From contig JAYYOR010000011.1 of the NCBI GenBank assembly GCA_036130055.1, forward strand, positions 11,733 to 75,732: DNA of 64,000 nucleotides, written 5' to 3'. The number at the start of each line of letters is the position of its first letter. The stretch's first letter is position 1. The notes below the pieces were generated by a model. That model made no database searches, had not been told where the DNA came from, and saw only the letters and a list, made by a program, of their open reading frames with translations. The position numbers and the translations under genes are program-made. This DNA is from Pseudomonadota bacterium. GTDB lineage: Bacteria > Pseudomonadota > Gammaproteobacteria > Ga0077536. Positions 50,784 through 60,822 of this stretch are shown here, piece by piece.

Positions 50784-51749
50784 ATGAAAATAGGATCATT
50801 TCATATTGAACAACCACTCATACTAGCACCAATGTCCGGAGTGACTGATTCCCCCTACCGGAAAATATGCCATTCTCTTGGTGCGTCTTTTAGTTTGAGT
50901 GAGATGGTTGCCGCCCGAACAAGTTTGCGCGAAAAGTTATCTAAAAATTTACGGCTAACTTCCTTCGAGGGAGATTCCCCTAGAGTAATTCAATTGCTTG
51001 GTTCAGACCCTGCAGAAATGGCTTATTTTGCAAAATATGTGCGTGATTTAGGCGCTGAGATTATTGACATAAATATGGGTTGCCCGGCAAAAAAAGTTGC
51101 TAAAAAAAACGCTGGTTCCGCTTTGATGGGCGATCCGAAAATAGCAAAACAGATAGTAGAAGCGGTTGTTGATTCAGTTGATTGTCCAGTGACTGTTAAA
51201 ATGCGGACTGGAATTTCTAAACAAAAAATAAATGCTGTTTCGTTGGCGCAAGAATTTGAGAAATGTGGGGTTCAAGCAATTACAATTCATGGCAGAACTA
51301 AAAGCTGTTCTTATAAAGAGCCTGCTGAGTACTCTACGGTAAGGGCTGTAAAAGAAGCAGTTAAAATCCCGATATTGGTAAATGGTGACATTACCTGCGG
51401 GGAAACCGCTGCTCTGGCAATTACTAAGTCGGGAGCTGATGGAATTATGATTGGAAGAGGTGCTTGTGGAAATCCCTGGGTCTTCCTAAAGATTAACTCA
51501 TACTTAAATAATCTACGATATATACCACCTACTGATATTACAGTTTTAGATCTACTAGAAAACTATATCGATTCGCTTTATAGTTTTTATGGTTCGGTTC
51601 GAGGGCATTTGATTGCTCGTAAGCATGTTAATTGGTTTTTGCAAAAAAGCGATTTAAAGCGTTATACAGAATTGACAGAATTTAATAAATTAGGTAACAA
51701 CTTAGCTCAATTGGAATTTTTGAAAAAAATCAGAAAGAAACTAGCCTGA
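50784..51749 (+). CDS. dusB: tRNA dihydrouridine synthase DusB
   Basis: 321 aa. LAPMSGVTD, INMGCPAKKV, TIHGRT and IGRGACGNPW. Confidence 0.9.
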   Translation: MKIGSFHIEQPLILAPMSGVTDSPYRKICHSLGASFSLSEMVAARTSLREKLSKNLRLTSFEGDSPRVIQLLGSDPAEMAYFAKYVRDLGAEIIDINMGCPAKKVAKKNAGSALMGDPKIAKQIVEAVVDSVDCPVTVKMRTGISKQKINAVSLAQEFEKCGVQAITIHGRTKSCSYKEPAEYSTVRAVKEAVKIPILVNGDITCGETAALAITKSGADGIMIGRGACGNPWVFLKINSYLNNLRYIPPTDITVLDLLENYIDSLYSFYGSVRGHLIARKHVNWFLQKSDLKRYTELTEFNKLGNNLAQLEFLKKIRKKLA

Positions 51750-51756
51750 TAAAAAT

Positions 51757-52002
51757 ATGAAAAAAAAACCAGATCCACTTTTACATGAACTAATTAGAAA
51801 TAATATAGAGACTTATATCGGTGATCTACAAGGAGAGAAACCTACTAATCTTTATGGGTTGACCTTATCCCAAGTGGAGAAGCCGCTTTTTGAAGTAGTG
51901 TTAAGGTATTCAAACGGAAACCTATCGAAGGCTTCCAATGTTCTTGGTATAAATAGAGCGACTCTAAGAGCTAAATTAAAAAAATATAAGATGAAATATT
52001 AA
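51757..52002 (+). CDS. fis: nucleoid-associated DNA-binding protein Fis
   Basis: 81 aa. The C-terminal HTH GNLSKASNVLGINRATLRAKLKKY resembles Fis. Immediately downstream of dusB. Confidence 0.85.
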   Translation: MKKKPDPLLHELIRNNIETYIGDLQGEKPTNLYGLTLSQVEKPLFEVVLRYSNGNLSKASNVLGINRATLRAKLKKYKMKY

Positions 52003-52014
52003 AGGAAATTTAAC

Positions 52015-53565
52015 ATGCAGCGCTACGCTTTGATTAGTGTTTCCGATAAGACAGGAGTTGTCGAATTAGCAACGGAACTCGTTAACTTAGGATTGAAAAT
52101 TATATCTACCGGAGGAACGTATGCCGTACTAGTGGAGTCGGGTCTTGAGGTTATGGAAGTTTCAACCTACAGTGGTCAGCCTGAAATCATGAATGGTCGA
52201 GTAAAGACGTTACACCCAAAGATTCACGGTGGAATATTAGGCCGCATAGATAGGGATCTCGATATTATGCGTGGAGCAGGTATTGAGCCTATAGATTACG
52301 TAGTAGTAAATCTATATCCGTTCGAGCGTACGATTGAAAAAAATGATACTCTGTTAGTCGATGCAGTTGAAAATATCGATATAGGGGGGCCGGCTATGTT
52401 GAGGTCTGCTGCAAAAAACTATGAACGAGTTACCTCAATTTGTGATCCGAAAGATTATCGGTTAATCATATCAGAACTAAAAGAGAAAAAAGAAGTCACA
52501 AGAACAACCCGCTTCAGATTGGCAGCAAAAGTTTTTGAGCACACAGCCAGATTTGATGCCACAATTGCCAATTATTTGTTACACAGCCAATCAGAACCAA
52601 AACAAAAAAAAGAAAAGGAGTCTGTCAAAACTTTTAAGTTACAAAAAAAAGTTTCACTACGCTATGGAGAAAATCCGCATCAAAAAGCTTGGATGTATGA
52701 GCTTGAACCCAGTCTTAGTAGCGGAAAAGAATTAGAGATTCTACGAGGCAAGGAGCTCTCCTTCAACAACTTTGTTGATGCTGATTCAGCTTTGGATTGC
52801 GTGATGACGTTTAAGCATCCTGCTTGTTGTATTGTTAAGCATGCAAACCCCTGCGGTGTTGCACAGTCGGATAGTCTCGAGCAAGCTTATTATTTAGCAT
52901 TTGAAGGCGATAAAACCTCAGCTTTTGGCGGTGTCATTGCTTTTAATCAAATTGTCACAAAGAAATTAATCCAAAAAGTTATTAAAAATCAATTTGTCGA
53001 AATAATAGTGGCACCTAACTTCGATTCTGATTGCCTAAATATAAAGGAATTAAGTAAAAATCTTCGTTTTTTAAAGGCTAAAAAGAAAGGACGCGATGAT
53101 TCGAATAACTTTGAGTGGAAGACAGTATCTAATGGGCTGCTTGTTCAAGAAAAAGATTTTGTTAAAATTTCGGAACTTCAAATTGTTTCTGATAAAGATC
53201 CGACTAAAGCCCAAAAAGATAGTTTGTTGTTTGCTTGGAACGTTGTTTCGCATGTAAAGAGTAACGCAATCGTTTTAGCTTCTGGCCAGCGAACCATTGG
53301 GATTGGCGCTGGTCAAATGAGTCGGATAGATAGTGTCGAGCTAGCAGTAAGGAAAGCAAGCAAGGCTAACTTTAACTTACAAGGTTGTAGTTTGGCGTCG
53401 GATGGTTTTTTTCCTTTTAAGGATGGAGTGTCGGAGGCAGCACACCATGGCGTTAAGGCCATTATTCAGCCTGGCGGTTCTATTAGAGATGATGAAGTGA
53501 TAATGGAGGCAAATAAACACCAAATAGTGATGGCTTTCACGGGAGTTCGACATTTTAAACATTAA
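52015..53565 (+). CDS. purH: bifunctional AICAR transformylase / IMP cyclohydrolase
   Basis: 516 aa. ALISVSDKTG, VKTLHPKIHGGIL, the GQMSRIDS region and the C-terminal TGVRHFKH. Confidence 0.96.
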   Translation: MQRYALISVSDKTGVVELATELVNLGLKIISTGGTYAVLVESGLEVMEVSTYSGQPEIMNGRVKTLHPKIHGGILGRIDRDLDIMRGAGIEPIDYVVVNLYPFERTIEKNDTLLVDAVENIDIGGPAMLRSAAKNYERVTSICDPKDYRLIISELKEKKEVTRTTRFRLAAKVFEHTARFDATIANYLLHSQSEPKQKKEKESVKTFKLQKKVSLRYGENPHQKAWMYELEPSLSSGKELEILRGKELSFNNFVDADSALDCVMTFKHPACCIVKHANPCGVAQSDSLEQAYYLAFEGDKTSAFGGVIAFNQIVTKKLIQKVIKNQFVEIIVAPNFDSDCLNIKELSKNLRFLKAKKKGRDDSNNFEWKTVSNGLLVQEKDFVKISELQIVSDKDPTKAQKDSLLFAWNVVSHVKSNAIVLASGQRTIGIGAGQMSRIDSVELAVRKASKANFNLQGCSLASDGFFPFKDGVSEAAHHGVKAIIQPGGSIRDDEVIMEANKHQIVMAFTGVRHFKH

Positions 53566-53583
53566 GATGTGAGGATATTAGTG

Positions 53584-54879
53584 ATGAACAAAAGAGTAAT
53601 GATAATTGGTAAGGGAGGAAGGGAGCATGCTTTAGCGTGGAAATTTGCAAGTTACGATTTGGTAGAAAAAGTATATTGTGTGCCAGGTAATCCGGGTACT
53701 GGCAAAGAAGAGAAAGTTGAAAACATTTATATCGAACCATCTGATATTAGAAAACTTCTTGATTTTGCAATAAAAGAAAAAATTGATCTTACTGTTGTTG
53801 GTCCTGAAGGACCATTGGTAGAAGGAATTGTTGATAAATTTAGTGCTGCAGGACAGAAATGTTTTGGTCCATCAAAGAAGGCAGCTCAATTAGAGGGTTC
53901 AAAGGTTTTTGCCAAAGAATTTTTTACGAGACATGGAATTCCCTCAGCTTCATATAGAGTCTTTTCTGACCATGATTCAGCTTTAAATTTTTTAAAGCGA
54001 TATGATTTTCCGGCAGTTATTAAAGTAGATGGGCTAGCCGCTGGCAAAGGTGTAACAATCGTTAAAAATATCATAGAGTGTGAGCAAATTTTGGATGATA
54101 TTTTCAATAAGAAAGTTTTCGGGCTTGCTGGTTCGAGAATTGTTGTTGAGGAGTTCATCCCCGGAGAGGAACTTAGTTATATCTGTATGATAAATCAGTC
54201 AAGTTATTTGTCGTTCGCTTCGTCTCAAGATCATAAAGCTAGAGATGACGGGGATAAAGGTCCAAATACCGGCGGCATGGGAGCCTATTCACCAGCGGTT
54301 CTGATGAATAAAAGCTTAGAAAAAAAGATAGTAGATACTGTCATTATCCCAACTTTAAAAGGAATAAAAAAGGACGGTTTGAACTATACAGGGTTTCTCT
54401 ATGCTGGGTTGATGATTGATGAAAACAAACAAATTAAGGTTTTGGAATTTAACTGTAGATTTGGTGATCCCGAAGCACAACCAGTTCTAATGCGTTTGAA
54501 GACTAATCTCTTTAATGCTTGCCTTGACATGCTAGAAAACAAAAATAATATAAGCAAACTGGATTTTGACGCAGGAACCGCCTTAACGGTAGTTTTAGCG
54601 GCCAAGGGTTACCCTGGTAAATTTCTCAAAAATATTAAGATCCCTATTAATGCGGATAATAAAAACAATAGCGGTACAAACATCAAGATTTTTCATGCTG
54701 GGACTTATATTAAAAATGATGAGGTACTTTCAAATGGAGGTAGAGTTCTTAATGTTTCCTCCTTATCTAAAGATTTGAAAACCGCACGTGCAATTGTTTA
54801 TAAAGCTATAGATGATTTAAAAATTAAGGACCTTTTCTATCGATTGGATATCGGAGAGAAAGGCCTTAAAAAAAATTAA
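53584..54879 (+). CDS. purD: phosphoribosylamine-glycine ligase
   Basis: IIGKGGREHALAWK, ATP-grasp core and EFNCRFGDPEAQ. The longest ORF begins at GTG 53569. ATG 53584 is preferred because a GAGGA lies 8 nt upstream. Confidence 0.94.
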   Translation: MNKRVMIIGKGGREHALAWKFASYDLVEKVYCVPGNPGTGKEEKVENIYIEPSDIRKLLDFAIKEKIDLTVVGPEGPLVEGIVDKFSAAGQKCFGPSKKAAQLEGSKVFAKEFFTRHGIPSASYRVFSDHDSALNFLKRYDFPAVIKVDGLAAGKGVTIVKNIIECEQILDDIFNKKVFGLAGSRIVVEEFIPGEELSYICMINQSSYLSFASSQDHKARDDGDKGPNTGGMGAYSPAVLMNKSLEKKIVDTVIIPTLKGIKKDGLNYTGFLYAGLMIDENKQIKVLEFNCRFGDPEAQPVLMRLKTNLFNACLDMLENKNNISKLDFDAGTALTVVLAAKGYPGKFLKNIKIPINADNKNNSGTNIKIFHAGTYIKNDEVLSNGGRVLNVSSLSKDLKTARAIVYKAIDDLKIKDLFYRLDIGEKGLKKN

Positions 54880-54883
54880 AGTT

Positions 54884-55522
54884 TCACCAGTTCAAGAAGT
54901 TTTTTAATAAAATAAGTCCAGCTTCCGAGCTTTTCTCAGGATGAAATTGTGTCGCGAAAATATAATCTTTCTGCAAAATAGACGTAAAATTTCCTAAATA
55001 GTTAGTTTTCCCAAGAACGAGGTTTTGGTCTACAGGATTCACGAAAAAGCTGTGTACAAAGTAAAAATAGCTGTTATTATCAAGTCCATTTATTAAGGGA
55101 TGTTTTCTAGTGAAAGTTACTTTGTTCCATCCCATGTGTGGAATTTTTAGTTTTTCGGTTTCTTTTGGTACAGCATGGTTTCGTTTAAAACGATTAACTT
55201 TTCCACTAATAAGCCCTAAGCATTTTACCCCTCCTCCCTCATCGCTATACTCCATTAATGATTGTAGGCCAAGGCATATACCTAAAAATGGTCTGGTTTT
55301 GCATAGTTGAGAGATTGCTTGATCCAAATTATGTTTTTTCAGATTTTTCATGCAATCGTTGATGGCACCTTGTCCCGGAAATACAATTCTATCTGACTTT
55401 AGGATGTCCTTATGGTCGTCGGTTACGCTAATCAAATAATTTTTGTTTGAAACAAATTTTAGCGCCTTGTAGACGCTTAGTAAGTTACCACTACCATAAT
55501 CAATGATAGATATGCGTATCAA
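54884..55522 (-). CDS. hisH: imidazole glycerol phosphate synthase, glutaminase subunit HisH
   Basis: 212 aa. IIDYGSGNL, catalytic Cys in GICLGLQ, and FHPEKS. Confidence 0.92.
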   Translation of the reverse strand: MIRISIIDYGSGNLLSVYKALKFVSNKNYLISVTDDHKDILKSDRIVFPGQGAINDCMKNLKKHNLDQAISQLCKTRPFLGICLGLQSLMEYSDEGGGVKCLGLISGKVNRFKRNHAVPKETEKLKIPHMGWNKVTFTRKHPLINGLDNNSYFYFVHSFFVNPVDQNLVLGKTNYLGNFTSILQKDYIFATQFHPEKSSEAGLILLKNFLNW

Positions 55523-56110
55523 TTAGAGAACACCTTTGGTAGACGGAGTTACAGGTTTTAGTTCGGAGTCAACTTTGACAGCCATGCGTAGTGCTCGACC
55601 AAAGCTCTTGAATATAGTTTCAATAATGTGGTGAGTATTCTTGCCTCTTAGATTGTCAATATGTAACGTACAATTTGCGTGATTAACAAAGCCTTGAAAA
55701 AACTCATAGAAAAGTTCAACATCAAAATCACCAACGTAGCTACGTGGAAAATTCACATTAAATTCTAAACCCGGCCGACCCGAGAAGTCTATTACTACAC
55801 GAGAAAGGGCTTCGTCGAGTGGAACATAAGAGTTGCCAAATCTTGTGATTTGTATTTTTTCACCAAGAGCAGAATTGACCGCTTGTCCGAGAGTTATCCC
55901 TATATCTTCTACAGTGTGATGCGCGTCGATTTCCAAGTCGCCTTCTGCAATCACTTTTAAATCAAAGTTCCCGTGCTTTGTCACTTGGTCTAGCATATGC
56001 TCAAGAAATGGTAAGCCAGTTTTTAGCTGGGAAGAGCCAGAGCCATCTAAATTAATCAAGACATTAATTTTGGTTTCATTTGTGTTTCGTTTGATGTCGG
56101 CTGTTCGCAT
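55523..56110 (-). CDS. hisB: imidazoleglycerol-phosphate dehydratase
   Basis: 195 aa. RNTNETKI and [11 protein letters not shown] motifs. Abuts hisH with no gap. Confidence 0.95.
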   Translation of the reverse strand: MRTADIKRNTNETKINVLINLDGSGSSQLKTGLPFLEHMLDQVTKHGNFDLKVIAEGDLEIDAHHTVEDIGITLGQAVNSALGEKIQITRFGNSYVPLDEALSRVVIDFSGRPGLEFNVNFPRSYVGDFDVELFYEFFQGFVNHANCTLHIDNLRGKNTHHIIETIFKSFGRALRMAVKVDSELKPVTPSTKGVL

Positions 56111-56199
56111 CGTTTTTACCTTGCTGAAGTTAATAAATTAATTTCATAGTATAATAACTAATTATACAGAAACCTAAAAAATTTAGTTGAAAAATTATT

Positions 56200-57108
56200 A
56201 TGTTAGATAAATTTGAGAGAGTTGAGCGGTGGTTATCTAGTGCCCAAGAAGAATTCCTTGACATCATATTGGACCTGGATAAAACCACGACAATTGACGA
56301 TGATAAATGGAGTTCGGACCGCGGGAGTTATGGTAGAACTCTGATATTTGAGAAGGGGAAGCTTGTCGAAAAATTTGCGGTCAATTTTTCTAGTATAAAA
56401 GGTGATAAACTGCCACCCTCTGCTACAGATAAAAGGCCAGACCTTTCTGGCAAGCCTTTTCGTGCTGTCGGACTATCAATTGTTTATCATCCGGCGAATC
56501 CGTTTGTTCCTACTGCCCACGAGAACTTGAGATTTTTTAATTCGGAGTTAAATGGAAATGACGTGTGGTGGTTTGGAGGTGGTTTTGATCTAACGCCATA
56601 TTTTGGGTTTAAAGAAGATTGTAAAAAATGGCACCAGTCGGCAAAAAAAGTTTGTGATGAATTTGATCCTTCTGTATACAAAGAATTTAAACGCAATTGC
56701 GACGAGTATTTTTTTATTCGGCATCGAGATGAAAGAAGAGGAATTGGTGGGATATTTTTTGATGACTTAAACGGTTGGCCCTTCGACGTTTGTTTTGATT
56801 TTATTAAATCTGTTAATAAATGTTTTTCTACAGAGTATTTCGAGATCTTCCAAAAGCGCTCAGCAACTAAGTATGACAAGAACGAAAAAAATTTTCAGTT
56901 GTATCGTCGGGGGCGGTATGTTGAGTTTAATCTGGTTTATGATAGAGGAACACTCTTTGGACTTCAGTTCGGTGGGAGAATTCAGTCAATTCTAGCTTCG
57001 CTTCCTCCTATGGTGTCTTGGCCTTACTCAGCTAAAGAAACAAACCAAAAATATGAGAAAAAGCTTTTGAATGAATTTCTCGCAGTTGAAGACTGGGTGA
57101 ACTATTAG
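56200..57108 (+). CDS. hemF: oxygen-dependent coproporphyrinogen III oxidase
   Basis: 302 aa. WWFGGGFDLTPYY-like region, RGIGGIFFDD and RRGRYVEFNLVYDRGT. Confidence 0.93.
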   Translation: MLDKFERVERWLSSAQEEFLDIILDLDKTTTIDDDKWSSDRGSYGRTLIFEKGKLVEKFAVNFSSIKGDKLPPSATDKRPDLSGKPFRAVGLSIVYHPANPFVPTAHENLRFFNSELNGNDVWWFGGGFDLTPYFGFKEDCKKWHQSAKKVCDEFDPSVYKEFKRNCDEYFFIRHRDERRGIGGIFFDDLNGWPFDVCFDFIKSVNKCFSTEYFEIFQKRSATKYDKNEKNFQLYRRGRYVEFNLVYDRGTLFGLQFGGRIQSILASLPPMVSWPYSAKETNQKYEKKLLNEFLAVEDWVNY

Positions 57109-57112
57109 GTCA

Positions 57113-57586
57113 TCAATAAATACCAAGGTCTAACCCTGCTGCTAATGTTTGACCAAACAGACGAGCTTCCTTCAAGTGTATTTCCGTTATTTTGCCTACG
57201 ACTATTAGCGGCTCAAGTGCTTCTTTCCAACCCATAGCATCTGTTATTTTTTTAATGCCATTATAAGCACCTATACCACTGGTGCCAGCTTTAATAATGA
57301 TTCCAAAAGGCAACCCTCTTTTTCTTTCAATCACTTCATAGTAAATATTTTCCAAAAAGACTTTCATTGCTCCTGACATATAACCAAAATTCTCGGACGA
57401 ACCTAAAATAATCGCATCAATGTTAATGACATCTTGGGCATTTGCCGTTAAAGAATCTTTTGAGTATGTTATAATATTGAAATCGTTTGAATTTTTTATA
57501 TCAACTAAGGCTTCTGCACAGAGTTTATTTGTTGAACCGCTTCGTGAATTAGAAATAATCAATAATTTTTTATATTCTTTATCCAT
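57113..57586 (-). CDS. flavodoxin-fold family protein
   Basis: KKLLIISNSRSGSTNKL N-terminal FMN-loop-like motif and an alternating beta/alpha pattern. The longest ORF (to 57625) would overlap the divergent neighbour, so ATG 57586 is preferred. Confidence 0.55.
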   Translation of the reverse strand: MDKEYKKLLIISNSRSGSTNKLCAEALVDIKNSNDFNIITYSKDSLTANAQDVINIDAIILGSSENFGYMSGAMKVFLENIYYEVIERKRGLPFGIIIKAGTSGIGAYNGIKKITDAMGWKEALEPLIVVGKITEIHLKEARLFGQTLAAGLDLGIY

Positions 57587-57618
57587 TGTTTCATAGATTA
57601 ATTTAAAAAGAATTGGGT

Positions 57619-58440
57619 ATGCCAAAAAAAAATAATGAAATAAAAGCCAAACTAGCCGATACCTTTGATAAGTATGACCTATACGAAGAATCAGTACAAT
57701 GTTCAGAAGCCGAGGTTGATTTCATTGAAGAACAGTTTTTTGAGCTTCGAGGTCGCCCTGCCCGATTTCTTAGAGAAGACTTTTGTGGATCTGCGAAGGT
57801 TTGTCGAGAATGGATTGATAGAAATAGTAAGAATCGTGCTGTTGGTGTAGATAATGACCAAACCGTGCTAGATTGGGGATTTAAAAAACATTTCTCTCAT
57901 CTTTCAAAAAATAAAAAAGCTAGGGTAAAGTTAGTTAACTCTGATGTATTAAGTGTGAGTACGTGTAAGCAGGACGTTATATGCGCAACAAATTTTAGTT
58001 ATTGGCATTTTACTGAAAGATCCCTACTATCTCAATATTTTAAGAGTGTTAGACAGAGCCTCAATCCCGATGGGGCACTGATTTTAGATTTTTATGGTGG
58101 TCTTGATGCCACAAAAAAATTACAAGAAGAGACCCAATATAAGGATTTTACCTATATTTGGGACCAGGCTGATTTTAATCCTATTAATAATATGCAATTG
58201 TGTTATATTCATTTTAGGTTTTCTGACGGTTCAAAAATAGAAAGAGCATTTACTTACAGCTGGCGTTTTTGGTCGATACGTGAGTTGAGGGAGTTGCTGG
58301 TAGATTCAGGTTTCTCCCAGAATTACGTCTATTGGCAAGAATGGGATGACGAAAAGAACGAGGCTAAGTCTGAATTTAAAATCGTAGAAAAAGTTGAACA
58401 TGAAACTGCTTGGATTGGTTATATTGTTGCACTTTTATGA
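57619..58440 (+). CDS. class I SAM-dependent methyltransferase (unknown substrate)
   Basis: About 273 aa. EDFCGSAKV (degenerate motif I), VGVDND and ALILDFYGG. ATG 57619 is preferred over TTG 57613. Confidence 0.6.
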   Translation: MPKKNNEIKAKLADTFDKYDLYEESVQCSEAEVDFIEEQFFELRGRPARFLREDFCGSAKVCREWIDRNSKNRAVGVDNDQTVLDWGFKKHFSHLSKNKKARVKLVNSDVLSVSTCKQDVICATNFSYWHFTERSLLSQYFKSVRQSLNPDGALILDFYGGLDATKKLQEETQYKDFTYIWDQADFNPINNMQLCYIHFRFSDGSKIERAFTYSWRFWSIRELRELLVDSGFSQNYVYWQEWDDEKNEAKSEFKIVEKVEHETAWIGYIVALL

Positions 58441-58541
58441 GTTAATTATTTAAATAAATTTCCAATATTTTTTTGTACTGATACGAAAATGTAACAAAAA
58501 AATGTTTAGCTAAATTTTTTAAAAAGGCTTCAATTAAGGTA

Positions 58542-60812
58542 ATGAGCGTTATTCAATTTAAACGAGGCGATAATAAAAATGCTGGATACTCGTCTCGAGA
58601 AAAATCTAGAATATTAAAAGATAAGATCTTCGGTGCATTCATGGGTGTAGGGGGTGTCTCCGTTATTGTTGCTATTCTTCTTATATTCTTTTACTTAGGT
58701 TATGTAGTTATTCCATTGTTCGGGTCCGCTAAGTTTGAATTTTCCACAAGTTATAGTGTCGATGAACAATCTAAGATTTTGGCTACTAGTATTGATGAGT
58801 ATTCTGAGGTTGTTTTTTCAGTCCATGATAATGGAAATCTTGTTTTTTCTTCAGTCGGAAAAAAAAATCAATTACTAAGTGAATTTATACCCGGTGTAGA
58901 AAAATCAAATAATCTAATAACATCTGTTTCAAGCGGTGACCCGGCCAGCCAAGTAATTGCAATTGGGATGCGTAATGGTTCCGCATATTTAATAAAAACA
59001 AATTATGAAATTAGTTATCCTAATGATATAAGAAGTATAATCCCATCAATAATATACCCAACCGGTAAAATTCCATTACAAATAGATAGTGCTAATTCAC
59101 CAATTCAAAAAATTTCAGGTCAATTCTTTGAGGATAAGGGAGCTGTTGCCTCCGTTACAGAAGATAATCGATTGTTAATGACGTTTGTCGTGCTATCAAG
59201 TTCGTTTTTTTCGGACGCTCTTGACGTAAGTTATGAAACGGTTGAGGTGGCTAGACTTACTAGCTCCGTTTCTTCTTTAGAACTTGATGTAAATCAAAGA
59301 AACCTTATCGTGGTAACAACCGATGGGGTCATGTCTATGTATGACGTTACTACAGCAGATGAGATTGAGTTAATCGATAGAGCCAGTGTGGTTGGACCCG
59401 GGGAAGAGGTGACTGATACAAAATTCCTTAGTAGCGGTATTTCTCTAATAGTTGGAAGCTCTTCTGGAGAGATTGCTCAGTGGTCGGCTGTGAGGGACAT
59501 AAATAATATTTATTCACTCAAACAAATTCGAGTATTCGAGCCAATGCCATCCGGGATTATAAAAATTGCTCCAGAATATTATAGAAAAGGATTTTTTGTT
59601 ATAGATGCTGACCGAAATATGGCAGGATATCACGCTACCGCAAATAAGCAGGTTGCATTTATTGATAATATAGGCATTGATCCAGTGGACATCACAATCT
59701 GTCCAAGAAGCAAGAACGTTCTCGTTGGCTATGGGAACCGTGGAATAAGTTTGTACGCGATAAAAAACGAACATCCGGAAGTGTCTTTAAATGCACTATG
59801 GGGCAAAGTATGGTACGAGAGCAGGGAAAAACCAGAATATATTTGGCAGTCATCGGCTGCAAACAGCGACTTCGAGCCTAAGTTCAGCCTTACTCCTTTA
59901 ATCTTTGGCACCGTAAAGGCTACTATTTATTCTCTTATTTTTGCGGCTCCTTTGGCGATATTCGGAGCCGTATATACTGCATATTTCATGGCACCCCGAA
60001 TGCGACGAGTAGTTAAACCAACTATAGAAATCATGGAAGCTTTGCCAACTGTAATCTTAGGGTTTCTGGCCGGACTTTGGTTTGCTCCTTTTGTAGAAAG
60101 GAATTTAGCCGGATTTTTTTTAAGTATACTTGCGATACCGCTTAGCACCATACTAATGGCCATGGTTTGGCCTAAAACACCACGATTTTTGAAGCGACTT
60201 TTTCCTGAAGGGTGGGAATCACTTTTTTTAATTCCCGTCATAAGTATATCTATTTGGATAGCTCTATCTTTAGGTACACACATAGAGCTTCGTTTTTTCG
60301 ATGGAAACTTACCTCATTGGTTAAATATAAATTACGATATAGGTTACGATCAAAGAAACTCACTGGTAGTTGGAATAGCTATTGGTTTTGCGGTTATTCC
60401 CACAATTTTTTCAATAAGCGAAGATGCTGTCTACGGAGTCCCGAAGAGTTTAACCAATGGTTCGTTAGCGTTAGGTGCCACTCCTTGGCAAACTGTGTAC
60501 AGAGTTATTTTATTAACCGCCAGTCCTGGTATTTTTTCTGCTTGTATGATTGGCATGGGACGTGCGGTCGGTGAAACAATGATTGTTTTAATGGCCACCG
60601 GAAATACTCCAATTATGGATATGAATATTTTTGAAGGCTTTAGAGCACTATCAGCAAATATAGCTGTTGAGATGCCTGAGTCGGCTGTGAACAGCACCCA
60701 TTATAGGATTTTATTTCTTGCAGCATTTTTTCTTTTTATTGTTACTTTTGTCGTGAATACAGTATCTGAGATAGTTCGACAGAGACTTAGAGTTAAGTAC
60801 GCAAATTTATAG
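58542..60812 (+). CDS. pstC: phosphate ABC transporter permease PstC, long form with a large N-terminal extracytoplasmic domain
   Basis: 756 aa. One TM helix, about 400 aa of non-membrane sequence, then a 6-TM BPD-transporter core with the EAA-like loop ([26 protein letters not shown]). Confidence 0.85.
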   Translation: MSVIQFKRGDNKNAGYSSREKSRILKDKIFGAFMGVGGVSVIVAILLIFFYLGYVVIPLFGSAKFEFSTSYSVDEQSKILATSIDEYSEVVFSVHDNGNLVFSSVGKKNQLLSEFIPGVEKSNNLITSVSSGDPASQVIAIGMRNGSAYLIKTNYEISYPNDIRSIIPSIIYPTGKIPLQIDSANSPIQKISGQFFEDKGAVASVTEDNRLLMTFVVLSSSFFSDALDVSYETVEVARLTSSVSSLELDVNQRNLIVVTTDGVMSMYDVTTADEIELIDRASVVGPGEEVTDTKFLSSGISLIVGSSSGEIAQWSAVRDINNIYSLKQIRVFEPMPSGIIKIAPEYYRKGFFVIDADRNMAGYHATANKQVAFIDNIGIDPVDITICPRSKNVLVGYGNRGISLYAIKNEHPEVSLNALWGKVWYESREKPEYIWQSSAANSDFEPKFSLTPLIFGTVKATIYSLIFAAPLAIFGAVYTAYFMAPRMRRVVKPTIEIMEALPTVILGFLAGLWFAPFVERNLAGFFLSILAIPLSTILMAMVWPKTPRFLKRLFPEGWESLFLIPVISISIWIALSLGTHIELRFFDGNLPHWLNINYDIGYDQRNSLVVGIAIGFAVIPTIFSISEDAVYGVPKSLTNGSLALGATPWQTVYRVILLTASPGIFSACMIGMGRAVGETMIVLMATGNTPIMDMNIFEGFRALSANIAVEMPESAVNSTHYRILFLAAFFLFIVTFVVNTVSEIVRQRLRVKYANL

Positions 60813-60822
60813 CTTTAATTAG

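Noticed and set aside
58441-58541. Possible Pho box upstream of pstC (TGTAC / TGTAAC / TGTTTA repeats at 58474, 58490 and 58503)
   Set aside because: The repeats are spaced 16 and 13 nt apart rather than the 11-nt phasing of CTGTCAT direct repeats, and they match the consensus poorly. They cannot be distinguished from background in AT-rich DNA without a matrix scan.
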